Part shown: in pieces, positions 25,715-34,661 of the stretch
How the letters are laid out: the number at the start of each line of letters is the position of its first letter
Numbering within the stretch: position 1 is the first letter of the stretch
Origin: a virus
Lineage: Duplodnaviria > Caudoviricetes
Direction: 5' to 3' (one strand)
DNA length: 50,393 bases
Virus record (IMG/VR): IMGVR_UViG_3300024283_000062
Coordinates: 1 to 50,393 of that record
The notes under the pieces: model-generated
Databases searched by the model: none
Seen by the model: the letters and a program-made list of their open reading frames with translations, nothing else
What the model was told of the DNA's origin: nothing
Made by a program: the position numbers and the translations under genes

Positions 25715-27814
25715 ATGCCTCGTTACATTGACGTGGTTCACGCCACCCATGAGACCGCCACCAAAATCCTGGCGCTGCGGGAAGGTGGCAAGATTGCGCG
25801 TGAAGTCGTCGTCACCACCAACGGAGGCGCGACGGCCTCCGTCTCATGGTCCGACAAGAGACCGCTCGTCACACTCAACATGACCGGGTTGCCACCCGAC
25901 ACGATACTGACACGCGCCGAAGCGGACCGGCTGGTGGCGTTCATCGTCCACGAGTGTTGCCATGTCCTGCACACCAACAAGGGAGCATGGGAACGGGCTT
26001 GTGCCGCTGGCGAACGTGTCCGCCATTGGACGAACTGTCTTGAGGACGTCCGCATTGAAGCCGCTGAAATCAAAGCGGGGTTTTTCCCTGCCATGCGGAC
26101 GCTACTCGGGACCATGAGCAACCACCTGTTTGTGGAGGCCCTGGGCAAGGCTGCGGGCATGGGCGTGACCATCGGTCAGCGCGTGTCCGACGCCCCGTAT
26201 GTCGCCAGCGTGCTGGGCCGCGTCGCCAACGGCTACGCGATACCAGCCGCGCATACCCTCCGCGCCGATATGAGCCGGAACGTGGCGCAGCTGGTCAACC
26301 ATGCCCTGGCAGGCGTCAGGCGATGCCGCTCCACCGACGCGGTCAGGTTGCTGGCGCTTGAGCTGGTCCGCATGGAGCAGGCTCAAGCCCAGCAGGGCCA
26401 GCAAGGCCAGCAGGGCCAGCAAGGCCAGCAGGGCCAGCAAGGCCAGCAGGGCCAGCAAGGCGCCTCTGGGGAGGCTGAGGAGGCCCCTGACGCCTCTGGG
26501 GAGGCTGAGGAGGCCCCTGACGCCTCTGGGGAGGCTGAGGAGGCCCCTGACGCCTCTGGGGAGGCTGAGGAGGCCCCTGGCGCCTCTGGGGAGGCTGAGG
26601 AGGCCCCTGGCGCCTCTGGGGAGGCTGGGGAGGCTGGGGAGGCCCCTGGCGCCTCTGAGGAGGCTGGGGAGGCCCCTGGCGCCTCTGGGGAGGCTGGGGA
26701 GGCCCCTGGCGCCTCTGGGGAGGCTGGAGAGGCTGGGGAGGCCCCTGGCGCCTCTGGGGAGGCTGGAGAGGCTGGGGAGGCCCCTGGCGCCTCTGGGGAG
26801 GCTCAGGAAGGCCAGAGGGACGGCCCGCCTGTCACGTCAGGCGACGCGGACCTGACCGCCGCCATGACCAAAGTCGCCGAACGTGCCGGCATCGACAATC
26901 TGGCCCGCCATGCCCGCACCAATGACGCGCGGCATCTGATAACCGCGCAGAACATCGTCCGGCCAAGCACGGCCAGGGGACATGGCAACGATACGGCCAA
27001 TCGTATGTATGCCAACGAGTTAACCGCGCGACTGCCGCGCAACTCGGTCCTGCATGGCCAGATTGGTAGACTGCTGGTGTCTGAGGAAGTCCACCGCAGG
27101 ACGCACCATGAGACATCCGGCCGGCTGGATCGCCGCGCCCTGGTGCGGATGCGCGCCGGCGCCTTGGACGTGTTCTCGCAGCGGGACGACACGCCCGGGA
27201 TGGACACCGCGTTGCTGGTCCTGATCGACGGCTCAAGCAGCATGGCAAATGACGTCTACGCCAGCACGGGCACCGTCAGTCGCATGGCCATTGCTCAAAC
27301 CGCCGCATGGCACATTGCCCGTGCGGCCGAAGCTGCCAACGCCAAAGCTGCCGTGGTCGCGTTCCACACGCGATTTGACCAGCTGAGCACGCGTAACAGC
27401 GCCAATCCGACCGGCGCCATGCTAACCGTGGTCAAACCGTTCGCCACGCCTATGGACAGCTGCGCCGCTGCACTGGGGAGCGTCGACGCCACCGCATACA
27501 CACCGCTGGCGCCAGCCATCCTAGGCGCTGCCGGCATGCTCGTCGAAGTCAACGCCAGCCGGCATATCTGCATGGTCCTGACCGATGGTGAATGCGACTA
27601 CGGTGAAGCCGCCGTGGTCGCCGCGTGTTCACTCGCGGAGGACATGGGCGTGGAGGTTGTCGGCGTGGGGATGGACTGCGCCAGCGTGACCGCCGCCTTC
27701 CCGCCGCGCTACTCGGTCAACGTGACCGATCTGGCGCAGCTGGCCAGCACGGGGCTGGGCGTGCTGGTGAGCATGTTGGAGGACGCGAACCCCCGTGGAG
27801 GCGGCAACGATTGA
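25715..27814 (+). CDS. CobT-like VWA-domain protein with N-terminal HExxH motif and acidic repeat linker
   Basis: HECCH...NCLEDVRIE, SGRLDRRAL, and MIDAS elements LIDGSSSM, TP and LTDG. Confidence 0.88.
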   Translation: MPRYIDVVHATHETATKILALREGGKIAREVVVTTNGGATASVSWSDKRPLVTLNMTGLPPDTILTRAEADRLVAFIVHECCHVLHTNKGAWERACAAGERVRHWTNCLEDVRIEAAEIKAGFFPAMRTLLGTMSNHLFVEALGKAAGMGVTIGQRVSDAPYVASVLGRVANGYAIPAAHTLRADMSRNVAQLVNHALAGVRRCRSTDAVRLLALELVRMEQAQAQQGQQGQQGQQGQQGQQGQQGQQGASGEAEEAPDASGEAEEAPDASGEAEEAPDASGEAEEAPGASGEAEEAPGASGEAGEAGEAPGASEEAGEAPGASGEAGEAPGASGEAGEAGEAPGASGEAGEAGEAPGASGEAQEGQRDGPPVTSGDADLTAAMTKVAERAGIDNLARHARTNDARHLITAQNIVRPSTARGHGNDTANRMYANELTARLPRNSVLHGQIGRLLVSEEVHRRTHHETSGRLDRRALVRMRAGALDVFSQRDDTPGMDTALLVLIDGSSSMANDVYASTGTVSRMAIAQTAAWHIARAAEAANAKAAVVAFHTRFDQLSTRNSANPTGAMLTVVKPFATPMDSCAAALGSVDATAYTPLAPAILGAAGMLVEVNASRHICMVLTDGECDYGEAAVVAACSLAEDMGVEVVGVGMDCASVTAAFPPRYSVNVTDLAQLASTGLGVLVSMLEDANPRGGGND
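26390..26461 (+). repeat. Coding tandem repeat (CAGCARGGC)x8 = (QQG)8
   Basis: Direct reading of the sequence. Confidence 0.95.
26462..26803 (+). repeat. Coding minisatellite, 30/39-bp units GCCTCTGGGGAGGCT(GAG/GGG)GAGGCCCCTG(A/G)C
   Basis: About ten near-identical units encoding ASGEA(E/G)EAP(D/G). Confidence 0.95.
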
Positions 27815-27915
27815 GGCTAGGTCGAAACCATGGGCGCATCCGCCGCGCCCATGGTCGCAGCGTCACGCGCTGCCTGACGAGACCACGAACCACAACACCG
27901 AAGGATCAAAACACC

Positions 27916-28149
27916 ATGGCTCAACCCCGCTCCCCCTTTGCCCTGCCGGAAAAATACCGCGCCAAGCTGAACGCTGCCACCGGCATTGTCCGCGTCCAAG
28001 GCGACGTCAGCCCCGACGCGGTCAACGGCTACTGCGATGATCTAGCCGCTCGTAACCCTTGGCTGCTGGATGCTCTGGCCGACGTCATAGGCACCCAGCT
28101 GACCGGCACCGCTCCCGCCAAGGCGCCGCGGCCGCGCCGCTCCAAGTGA
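27916..28149 (+). CDS. Hypothetical protein (MAQPRSPFALPEKY...)
   Basis: AAGGA RBS and ATG at 27916, 77 aa. Confidence 0.6.
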   Translation: MAQPRSPFALPEKYRAKLNAATGIVRVQGDVSPDAVNGYCDDLAARNPWLLDALADVIGTQLTGTAPAKAPRPRRSK

Positions 28150-28370
28150 CCGTCCGCCGCGCCAACCGCCGCGTGCATCTCGCACGCGACGGGCTGGGCT
28201 TGACCGTGTGCGGCCTCGTGGTGTCCGCGCTAGGCGCCAGGGGCGTCTGGCGCCCCTCATGGGCCGTGACGCCGCCCACATGGCGTTGTGCCGCTTGTCG
28301 CCGCCGCATGGCGTCCTGGCAGGCTACACGCCCCCGGGCGCCTCTGACCTGGGCGGGCTGGTCCCTGTGA
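28146..28370 (+). CDS. Small putative Zn-binding protein
   Basis: GTGA overlap and H...TVCG...RCAAC pattern. Confidence 0.45.
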   Translation: MTVRRANRRVHLARDGLGLTVCGLVVSALGARGVWRPSWAVTPPTWRCAACRRRMASWQATRPRAPLTWAGWSL

Positions 28371-28448
28371 CCGCGAAGCTTGTCGCTCGCGAGCGAAGCG
28401 AGCGAGCGACCGCCCGCCGGCGCCTCGTCCGCCGCGGCGGCACCCCAA

Positions 28449-28582
28449 CGCCCTACGGAGGTTTTCGACTAGCAGTGCCGCACAGTGTCGGATGCTCCCT
28501 ATCCCTCTCATACGCGCACACACACACACATAAGGGGGATACGGAGCATCCGGCACTGTGCGGCACTGTGCGGCACTGTCGG
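28449..28582. other. Putative replication origin
   Basis: ~33-bp inverted repeat (28473-28505 / 28536-28568), three tandem CGGCACTGT(G/C) units (28551-28580) and a (CA)n loop, directly downstream of the D5 helicase gene. Confidence 0.6.
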
Positions 28583-30397
28583 TCAGCAATCTACAACATT
28601 TTGTGGTGAAAGTCTTAGTCCGACCAGCTTTCGGACACCATTACTGCGTTCCAGCTGACACTTCGGGAAGCTGGTCAGCACCTTCTGGCTGAACTCACGT
28701 TCCCCCACGACGGGCGTGCATTGGTTGTCACCGCACCACGTTCTGTAGTCCTCGAACCCTGCCCTCGGCGACATAACGTGGTCCCGACTGGTCCCGAACG
28801 CGCACCGTTCGGCGGCCCACGCCTTGAACGTATCCTGCTCGTCGAGATACGTCGTGGTCGCGGCGGTCGCGGCGCCGGGGATCAGCGCCGCCAGCCCACC
28901 CGTCGCCCTACGGAGGTTTTCACCCTCGATCGCCCACGCCAGGATGCCTGGGTATTCCGGGACCAGCCGCTCTTTCAGCGTGGCGTCGGCCCGTGTCGGC
29001 GTCTGGGTGAACGGCACCAATATGAGCCTGCGCCGCATCGCCTCGTCGACGTTGACGATACGGGGTTGGTGATTGCCCACGAAGGTCACCTTGAACTGCG
29101 GCTTGAACTGGAAGAAATCCTTGTGGGTGAACCGCGCGGCGACCGCGCCGCCGCCGGTCAGCTCTTTCAATCGCACCGCGTTGAACGTGGCGTTCTCCTC
29201 GATCTCGTTGGCGATCACCGCGCGCACGCCCGCCAGCCGGGCGATCTCAGTCGGGTGCGCCGCGTGCTTGCGCTGCATGAACGTATCCACCGGCGTGACC
29301 ACGGCATAATCGCCCAGGATGTCGGTCAGCACACCGACGAAGGTGCTTTTGCCGTTGCCGCCCGGGCCAAAGATGAACACGAACTTTTCCTCGCTCGTGT
29401 CGCCGCTCAGGCAGTAGCCGAACCATGCCTGCAGGAATAACATCAGCGCCGGGTCACCGCCCGTGCTGTCCCACAGGAACTGGTCCCACACCGGGGTCGG
29501 CTGGTCCCGGTCAGGGGCCACCCGGAGTTGCTTCGTGATCAGATGATCCGGGTCGGGCGCCAGGCTCGTCCCGGTCCGGAGATCCACCTCGCAGCCCGGC
29601 GCCCCGGCTAGCCACGGGTCCGGGTCCCAGCCCTTGCCGTCCACCGCCAGCCGGCCGTCCGCCCGTGCCGCCCGCTCGATCGCGCCGGCCACGGCGATCT
29701 TGCCCAGTGCCTTGATCGATGCGTCCGGCATCCGCCGGAACGCACGCGCCAGTTGTCTGGCCCAGCGGAACGCCTGCGCGGTGCCGTCCTCCCGCCAGTA
29801 GCTGCCGGTGCTTGCGCCCCACCAGACGAACCATTTCTGCCGCAGGTGATCGAACCGTAAGCTGCCGGCGTGTTCGGCGGCGAACGCCAGCGCCAATCCG
29901 TCCTCGCTGCCGTCGCAGCTGGCCAGCACCCGCTGGGCTGCTTGTGCCGCCTGCGCCGCCGTCTGCGCGGCCACGCCGCCTATCAAGGCCGGGTCCACGT
30001 CGTCGAACTCCAACGCCGCCAGCGTGGTCCCCAGCGCCGCCCTGAGCTGCTCGTTCAGCCGGACCCTCACATCCGTGATGGTCCGGTCCTGGCAATGCCC
30101 GTGGTGACACTGGAACCGCTGGAACACCGGCACATACACCGCGCCCGATGCGATCCGGTCGGTGTGGTCCTCCAGCCAGGGGCAGTCGACGTCGAACCCC
30201 CAGCCCATGGTTGTCCCCCGGCCATGGCCCTGCACCCGGCCCAGCATTCGGAACGCCTGCAGCACCGCGTCCGCCTCGATCTCGCCGGGATCGGGCATCA
30301 GCGTGCTGCCGCTGCCGCCGCTCACCGGCGTGATGCTGCCGATCTGGGTCTGGATCTGGGTCCAGTCCTGCGGGGTGATCCGGCTGCCGCCGATCAT
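28583..30397 (-). CDS. D5/P4-family SF3 helicase with N-terminal Zn-binding region
   Basis: CPW...H...FQCHHGHC, D5_N region, Walker A GPGGNGKST, LKELTGG and DEAMRRRL motifs. ATG at 30397 overlaps the primase stop. Confidence 0.88.
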   Translation of the reverse strand: MIGGSRITPQDWTQIQTQIGSITPVSGGSGSTLMPDPGEIEADAVLQAFRMLGRVQGHGRGTTMGWGFDVDCPWLEDHTDRIASGAVYVPVFQRFQCHHGHCQDRTITDVRVRLNEQLRAALGTTLAALEFDDVDPALIGGVAAQTAAQAAQAAQRVLASCDGSEDGLALAFAAEHAGSLRFDHLRQKWFVWWGASTGSYWREDGTAQAFRWARQLARAFRRMPDASIKALGKIAVAGAIERAARADGRLAVDGKGWDPDPWLAGAPGCEVDLRTGTSLAPDPDHLITKQLRVAPDRDQPTPVWDQFLWDSTGGDPALMLFLQAWFGYCLSGDTSEEKFVFIFGPGGNGKSTFVGVLTDILGDYAVVTPVDTFMQRKHAAHPTEIARLAGVRAVIANEIEENATFNAVRLKELTGGGAVAARFTHKDFFQFKPQFKVTFVGNHQPRIVNVDEAMRRRLILVPFTQTPTRADATLKERLVPEYPGILAWAIEGENLRRATGGLAALIPGAATAATTTYLDEQDTFKAWAAERCAFGTSRDHVMSPRAGFEDYRTWCGDNQCTPVVGEREFSQKVLTSFPKCQLERSNGVRKLVGLRLSPQNVVDC

Positions 30398-30969
30398 GAC
30401 CGGCGCACTGGGAGCGGTGGTCCCAGGTCGACCGGCCAGGCGCCGTATTTGCCGTTGACCCCCACGGGCAACCTGCGCCAGGTCACCGGATCGGTCAGGT
30501 TGTCCCCGGCGCCGATGGCGAACCGCAGCAGCGCCAGCATGCCCTTGGTCCACGCCAGGTCGGTCAGCGGCGGGTCCAGCAGCCAGCCGGCCTGGTAGTT
30601 CCCCGGCGAGGTCTCCAGGATATACGTGGCGCCAAGCCCCAGCACCCGCTCTGGCACCCCGACAGGGACCTTGGTCCCGTAGTCGTCGATCACCAGCACA
30701 TGCAGGCTGATGAACCCGCTCACCACGCGCCGGGTCCCGCGCACCAGCGACGGGCAGAAATACATATTCAGTTCGCGTTGTCGCGCTTCGCTCGGCAGCA
30801 TGGTGGCCGGATACGCCGTCCAGTTGGCGTCCTCGGCCTTGCGCGGGTCGCCCGCGAAGCCGGCGATCAGGGCGCGGCGCCACTGGTCCCCGAACATATG
30901 CCGCAGGAACATTTCGTTACTGATGACGGCGGTGTTGGACACGGTTTGCCGGTCCCGGGACGCGGGCAT
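30394..30969 (-). CDS. RepB-type (AEP superfamily) DNA primase domain protein
   Basis: GAGGGAGG RBS and LVIDD, ILETSPGNYQAGW, RRLPVGVNGK motifs. Confidence 0.8.
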   Translation of the reverse strand: MPASRDRQTVSNTAVISNEMFLRHMFGDQWRRALIAGFAGDPRKAEDANWTAYPATMLPSEARQRELNMYFCPSLVRGTRRVVSGFISLHVLVIDDYGTKVPVGVPERVLGLGATYILETSPGNYQAGWLLDPPLTDLAWTKGMLALLRFAIGAGDNLTDPVTWRRLPVGVNGKYGAWPVDLGPPLPVRRS

Positions 30970-31230
30970 GACGGTAGCCTCCCTCGCGATTTTGCTGAAA
31001 CAGCTTGGGTGTGGTGGGTGTCGTGTTTGGTTTGTCGCCCCGGCGTTGTGACCGGCCGACAAGACACAACCCTGCACCTGGCCGTGATCTTCGCGCAAGG
31101 GGGTTTCGTCTTGTGCAACACAGCAAGAGGCGCCATATTTCGCCCTGGCGTCAGGGCCTCGGCCCTGGCGTTCTCGCGCGGTGGGAGTGGTGTCCTGCCT
31201 CGGGGTGTGGTTATCGCGGGTCGTGTCGCG

Positions 31231-31279
31231 AAAACGACGAGGGGGCGGCAGGTGTCACACCTGCCGCCTCTGGTCGTTT
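31231..31279 (-). terminator. Rho-independent terminator of the repressor-int-accessory operon
   Basis: GGCGGCAGGTG/CACCTGCCGCC stem extended by AAACGAC/GTCGTTT, with a T-run on the minus strand. Confidence 0.75.
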
Positions 31280-31496
31280 ATTCAGGGATTTTCTCAAGTT
31301 TCTCGACGCGCTGCGCCAGACGATCATGGCGTGCGTGCATGGCCCTCAGTTCAGTCAGTATGGTCCCCATCGTGGTGTCGATCCGCATGATGATGGCGGT
31401 CTGCACCCGCATGTCGTCGCGGAAAATACCGTTGTCCTGGATCACCTGATCGAGCTTGCGCATGATCAGCTCCAGGCTCGGCGGTTGGTCGCTCAT
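31278..31496 (-). CDS. Small coiled-coil hypothetical protein
   Basis: 72 aa, ATGA-coupled, AAGG RBS. Confidence 0.65.
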   Translation of the reverse strand: MSDQPPSLELIMRKLDQVIQDNGIFRDDMRVQTAIIMRIDTTMGTILTELRAMHARHDRLAQRVEKLEKIPE

Positions 31497-31780
31497 TGGC
31501 TCATGCCTTTTGGTCCTGCTTTAGCTCTATCTGCCTGCAACGCACGAATACGTTCGCTGACCAGGGCTATTGTCTGCGTCAGGGCGTCCTGTACATCCAA
31601 CAGATCGGCCAGCGCCTGTTCAGGTGTCACCTCGGGCCAGTCCCAGTGCTGTGGGATAGCCAGGAGCAACGCCACCGATCCGAACGGCAGCGGTTTGTAG
31701 CCGGCGGCTTTCCAACCCGGCTCGGATTGTCGGATGAACTCCTGCAGGTCCAGCGCCGGCGACGGGCGATATGTGTTCAT
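31493..31780 (-). CDS. Hypothetical protein
   Basis: 95 aa with an AAGGGG RBS. Confidence 0.6.
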   Translation of the reverse strand: MNTYRPSPALDLQEFIRQSEPGWKAAGYKPLPFGSVALLLAIPQHWDWPEVTPEQALADLLDVQDALTQTIALVSERIRALQADRAKAGPKGMSQ

Positions 31781-31810
31781 TTGCTTGAACCCCTTTTCTG
31801 TCTGAGTTTT

Positions 31811-31990
31811 TCACACTGGCCAGGAACGATCACGAACCCGCCGTGCCTGCCGTAACTGCTCACGGCGTTCCTGCATTTCGGGCGTGTCTCGTTTGAACGT
31901 CATGTTTTCTTCTTCGGCCCAACGGCGCCACCCGGCGACGCCGGCCATGACGAGACCGGCACCGACAAGGATGAAAACAAATATGATCAT
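31811..31990 (-). CDS. Small single-TM protein (MIIFVFILVGAGLVMAGVAGWRRW...)
   Basis: 59 aa, ATGA overlap with the upstream gene. Below the ORF-track cutoff. Confidence 0.6.
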   Translation of the reverse strand: MIIFVFILVGAGLVMAGVAGWRRWAEEENMTFKRDTPEMQERREQLRQARRVRDRSWPV

Positions 31991-32331
31991 GGTGATGCTC
32001 TGGTTGTCATTATGGGCGCGGCTTCTACAGGTTCATTTGGGAGAAAGAACTCCAGCATGTTAGTTTCGAGGGTTACGAGTTCCAGCATTTGAGCACAAAG
32101 CTGTTCCCGCACCTCCTTGATCCTGCTGCCTATTTCTTCGTGAGTAAGGTCAGGGTCCTTTTCGATTGCTAGAAGTTCTAGCATTTGATCGCAAAGCTGT
32201 CCGCGCATAATGCTAAGTCTACCGACAGCATCGCGGACTTCTTCCTCGGTGTTTTCGAACCTGGTCAAATCGTTCTTAATGTCAGTGACGATGGTTTTGA
32301 TCTCACTTACATTGCTCTGTGCATCACTCAT
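31987..32331 (-). CDS. Low-GC acidic coiled-coil hypothetical protein
   Basis: AGGAG RBS and an internal QLCxQMLEL repeat. Visibly AT-richer than the genome. Confidence 0.7.
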   Translation of the reverse strand: MSDAQSNVSEIKTIVTDIKNDLTRFENTEEEVRDAVGRLSIMRGQLCDQMLELLAIEKDPDLTHEEIGSRIKEVREQLCAQMLELVTLETNMLEFFLPNEPVEAAPIMTTRASP

Positions 32332-32380
32332 GTTATAACTCCTGTTGTTATATAAATGGTCCCGGTGATTTTCATGATCT

Positions 32381-33514
32381 TCACGACACCACCGCCGTCG
32401 TCGTCAGTGTTCGCGTTTTATGGTTGATCGCGCTGCGCAGGTGCCCCGGCGTGAGATGCAGATAGTTCGCCTCCACCGTGGCGATCGTGTCGCCCAGCAC
32501 CTGGGCGATGTCCCACAAGCTCACCCCGTTCATCGCCGCCAGACTGGCCCACGTATGCCGCAGCACATGCGGCGTCACCCACGGCACCCCCAGCGTGTGG
32601 CACATCACCCAGAATGCCCGCCGTAGGCACCCTGTAGCCCCGAGAACCCGTCCCGCGGCTCTCCCGTCCGCGTCCTTCGGCGCCGCCAGCCACGCCGCCT
32701 CCAGCACCGGCGTCAGCCGGTCTGAGATCGGCACCTGCACCCTTCGCTTTTTGGTCACCCGCCGGCCCGGCACCCGGTAGTCGATCAGGCCCTGTTCGAG
32801 GTCCACCCGGTCCCAGGTGAGATCGTAGATCGCGCCCCGCCTCGCGGCGGTCTCCAGCGCCAGCGCCACGAACAAACTTACCCGAGACCCGCTCTCCAGG
32901 GGCGTGTGCGCCCGGTGCGTGGTCCCCCACGCCATGGCCTGGTCCCAGAACCACTGCTCCTGGTCCCGGTTCAGGAACACCACCCTGGGTCCCTCCGGCG
33001 GCGGCAGCTCGAACTCCGGCACCGACACTCCGGCGATGAGTTTCTTTTTCGCCGCCCATCGCAGCACCGTGCGCAGACCGCCCAGCTCGCGGCGTATCGA
33101 GCCGGCGCTCACGCCGCGCCGCATCTGGTAGTCCTGCAGCCGTGCGTCGGTCAGCTGGTCGACGGTGTACTTTCCCAAGAGGTGGCGCACCGGCACCAGT
33201 ACGTAGCGCCCGGTCTTCGCCTTGCCCATCGGCGCGACGTGGTCCAGCCAGCGGGCGCAGAGTTCGTCCACCGTGGGTGCTGCGCCGCAGCCCATCCTGG
33301 CCCCCGCGTTCTGCCGTTCGGCGTCGAGGAACCGGCTCAGGACCGCTTGCGCATCAACGTAATCCTTCGTGCGGCATGATATACGTTTGGTTTTATAGCT
33401 GCCGGGACCGGTCCCACCGTCTTGTTCGGTGAACCAGATCTCCCAGTAGCCTTGGCTGTTTTGTTTAAGTCTGCTGGTGCGGACACTTGTCGGATCGTTT
33501 GACTTTCTAGCCAC
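32381..33514 (-). CDS. int: Tyrosine recombinase / phage integrase
   Basis: GTG at 33514 after GGAG. Catalytic pattern AARRGAI, TKKRR, PHVLRHT, LGD (in place of LGH) and NY. Confidence 0.9.
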   Translation of the reverse strand: MARKSNDPTSVRTSRLKQNSQGYWEIWFTEQDGGTGPGSYKTKRISCRTKDYVDAQAVLSRFLDAERQNAGARMGCGAAPTVDELCARWLDHVAPMGKAKTGRYVLVPVRHLLGKYTVDQLTDARLQDYQMRRGVSAGSIRRELGGLRTVLRWAAKKKLIAGVSVPEFELPPPEGPRVVFLNRDQEQWFWDQAMAWGTTHRAHTPLESGSRVSLFVALALETAARRGAIYDLTWDRVDLEQGLIDYRVPGRRVTKKRRVQVPISDRLTPVLEAAWLAAPKDADGRAAGRVLGATGCLRRAFWVMCHTLGVPWVTPHVLRHTWASLAAMNGVSLWDIAQVLGDTIATVEANYLHLTPGHLRSAINHKTRTLTTTAVVS

Positions 33515-33651
33515 GTCAGGAACTCCGTTTCGGGTATCAGGACAGGGCGCCCTTTGATCCAGGGCAGCCCGTGATCGCGCCGCAACCGCGCGATTTTTGC
33601 GATCGAACAGCGCATCACCTCGGCGGCTTGGTGCTGCGTCAGCAACCGCAT
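33337..33651 (-). CDS. Excisionase-like HTH DNA-binding protein
   Basis: LLTQHQAAEVMRCSIAKIARL...LPWIKGRPVLIP MerR/Xis-type HTH, TGATG-coupled to the repressor. Confidence 0.75.
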   Translation of the reverse strand: MRLLTQHQAAEVMRCSIAKIARLRRDHGLPWIKGRPVLIPETEFLTWLESQTIRQVSAPADLNKTAKATGRSGSPNKTVGPVPAAIKPNVYHAARRITLMRKRS

Positions 33652-34313
33652 CAGGCTGCTGTTGGCGCTGCGGTGGCGGCGTTGGTCGGGACGCCGCGTA
33701 ATTCTGGCTCTGGCTTGCCGAATGAACGCCCGGTCGGTGGCATCGCCGTCTGCAGGGCCTTGCGTTCATCCTCCTTGATGATCTGCAGGACCCGCATCGC
33801 GGTCTCGAAGTCGACCGTGCGGTCGAACACTAGACGGGCTTTGTTCGGATGATCTGCCAGCACCGTCATCTGGATGTCCCCCGGCTGGCGTCCGCCACGA
33901 TAGGAGCTGCCGCCGCCAGCGACGAACACCGGCTTGTCGACGGCGAGGTCCTCTACCGGAAGGTTCAGTGCCCTGGCCAGCTTCGCGAGGTTTTCCGGCT
34001 CGGGGTAACTGGTCCCGGCGAGGTAATGCCCGATCCGGTCTCGGTTACTGGCCACGGTATAACCTCTGGTATCCGTGGTAGTCCCCCAGACCCGGCGGGC
34101 TACCTCGGACGCGCTCAGCTTCTGTTCTAGCATGGCAGTTCGCAGGGCGCTGGCGAAGCGGGCGTATTCTGGTCGCGTCGGCGGATTACCACCTTTAACG
34201 ACATTTTGTCGTGTCGTGTCACTGTCCGCTCCCCCGACGTTTTGTGGAGGCGATGGTGGAGCGACAACGGTCGTGTCAGCAAGACCTTTTTTCGGTGAAG
34301 CATTCCTAGACAT
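33651..34313 (-). CDS. XRE-family HTH repressor (CI-like)
   Basis: FASALRTAM...SASEVARRV...IGHYLAGTSYPEPENLAKLARALN motif, divergent from the Cro-like gene. Confidence 0.8.
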   Translation of the reverse strand: MSRNASPKKGLADTTVVAPPSPPQNVGGADSDTTRQNVVKGGNPPTRPEYARFASALRTAMLEQKLSASEVARRVWGTTTDTRGYTVASNRDRIGHYLAGTSYPEPENLAKLARALNLPVEDLAVDKPVFVAGGGSSYRGGRQPGDIQMTVLADHPNKARLVFDRTVDFETAMRVLQIIKEDERKALQTAMPPTGRSFGKPEPELRGVPTNAATAAPTAA

Positions 34314-34661
34314 GGTGTGGGTGTCCCTTTGCTAGAACTATTAGGTTTTTGGCGATAACTGGTAACCAGTGCGAACGGTTTGACTCGCGCGGGTTATCTG
34401 TTGGTATACACACATTTGGTATGCAACACAACAAAATGTGTTAACAACCCTACAATTTGTTGTCACACGTTTGTAAGGCACAGACGGTTGTGGTGGCTCG
34501 TGCGACCCACAACCCTGGCGGGGAATACCCCACAGCCGGTGGTGCGTCTTATCCCCGTAATGCGAGGCGTGACACCGCAGGTAGTAAAGCGTTAATGTGT
34601 TCGGCTTTTCAGCTTCACGAATTTGATCTGTGACAAAAACCTACACGAAAGGGATCACGAA
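34314..34661. promoter_or_regulatory. Immunity/switch region between repressor and Cro-like gene
   Basis: AT-rich divergent intergenic region with dyads ACTGGTAACCAGT, ACACATTT/AAATGTGT and GGTTGTGG/CCACAACC. Confidence 0.65.

Noticed and set aside
26390-26803. CRISPR array
   Set aside because: Units are contiguous without unique spacers and encode an in-frame linker.
28591-28606. NrdR-box-like dyad CTACAACATTTTGTGG beside the putative ori
   Set aside because: Single degenerate match inside a coding end, not distinguishable from the general ACA/TGT-rich dyads without a weight-matrix scan.
30398-30883. Upstream extension of the 766-aa helicase ORF
   Set aside because: It overlaps the primase in another frame and reads as low-complexity Arg/Gly text. 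The ATG at 30397 is more plausible.
33515-33769. N-terminal extension of the integrase ORF
   Set aside because: It overlaps the repressor and xis genes. An RBS-preceded GTG at 33514 gives a normal-size integrase.
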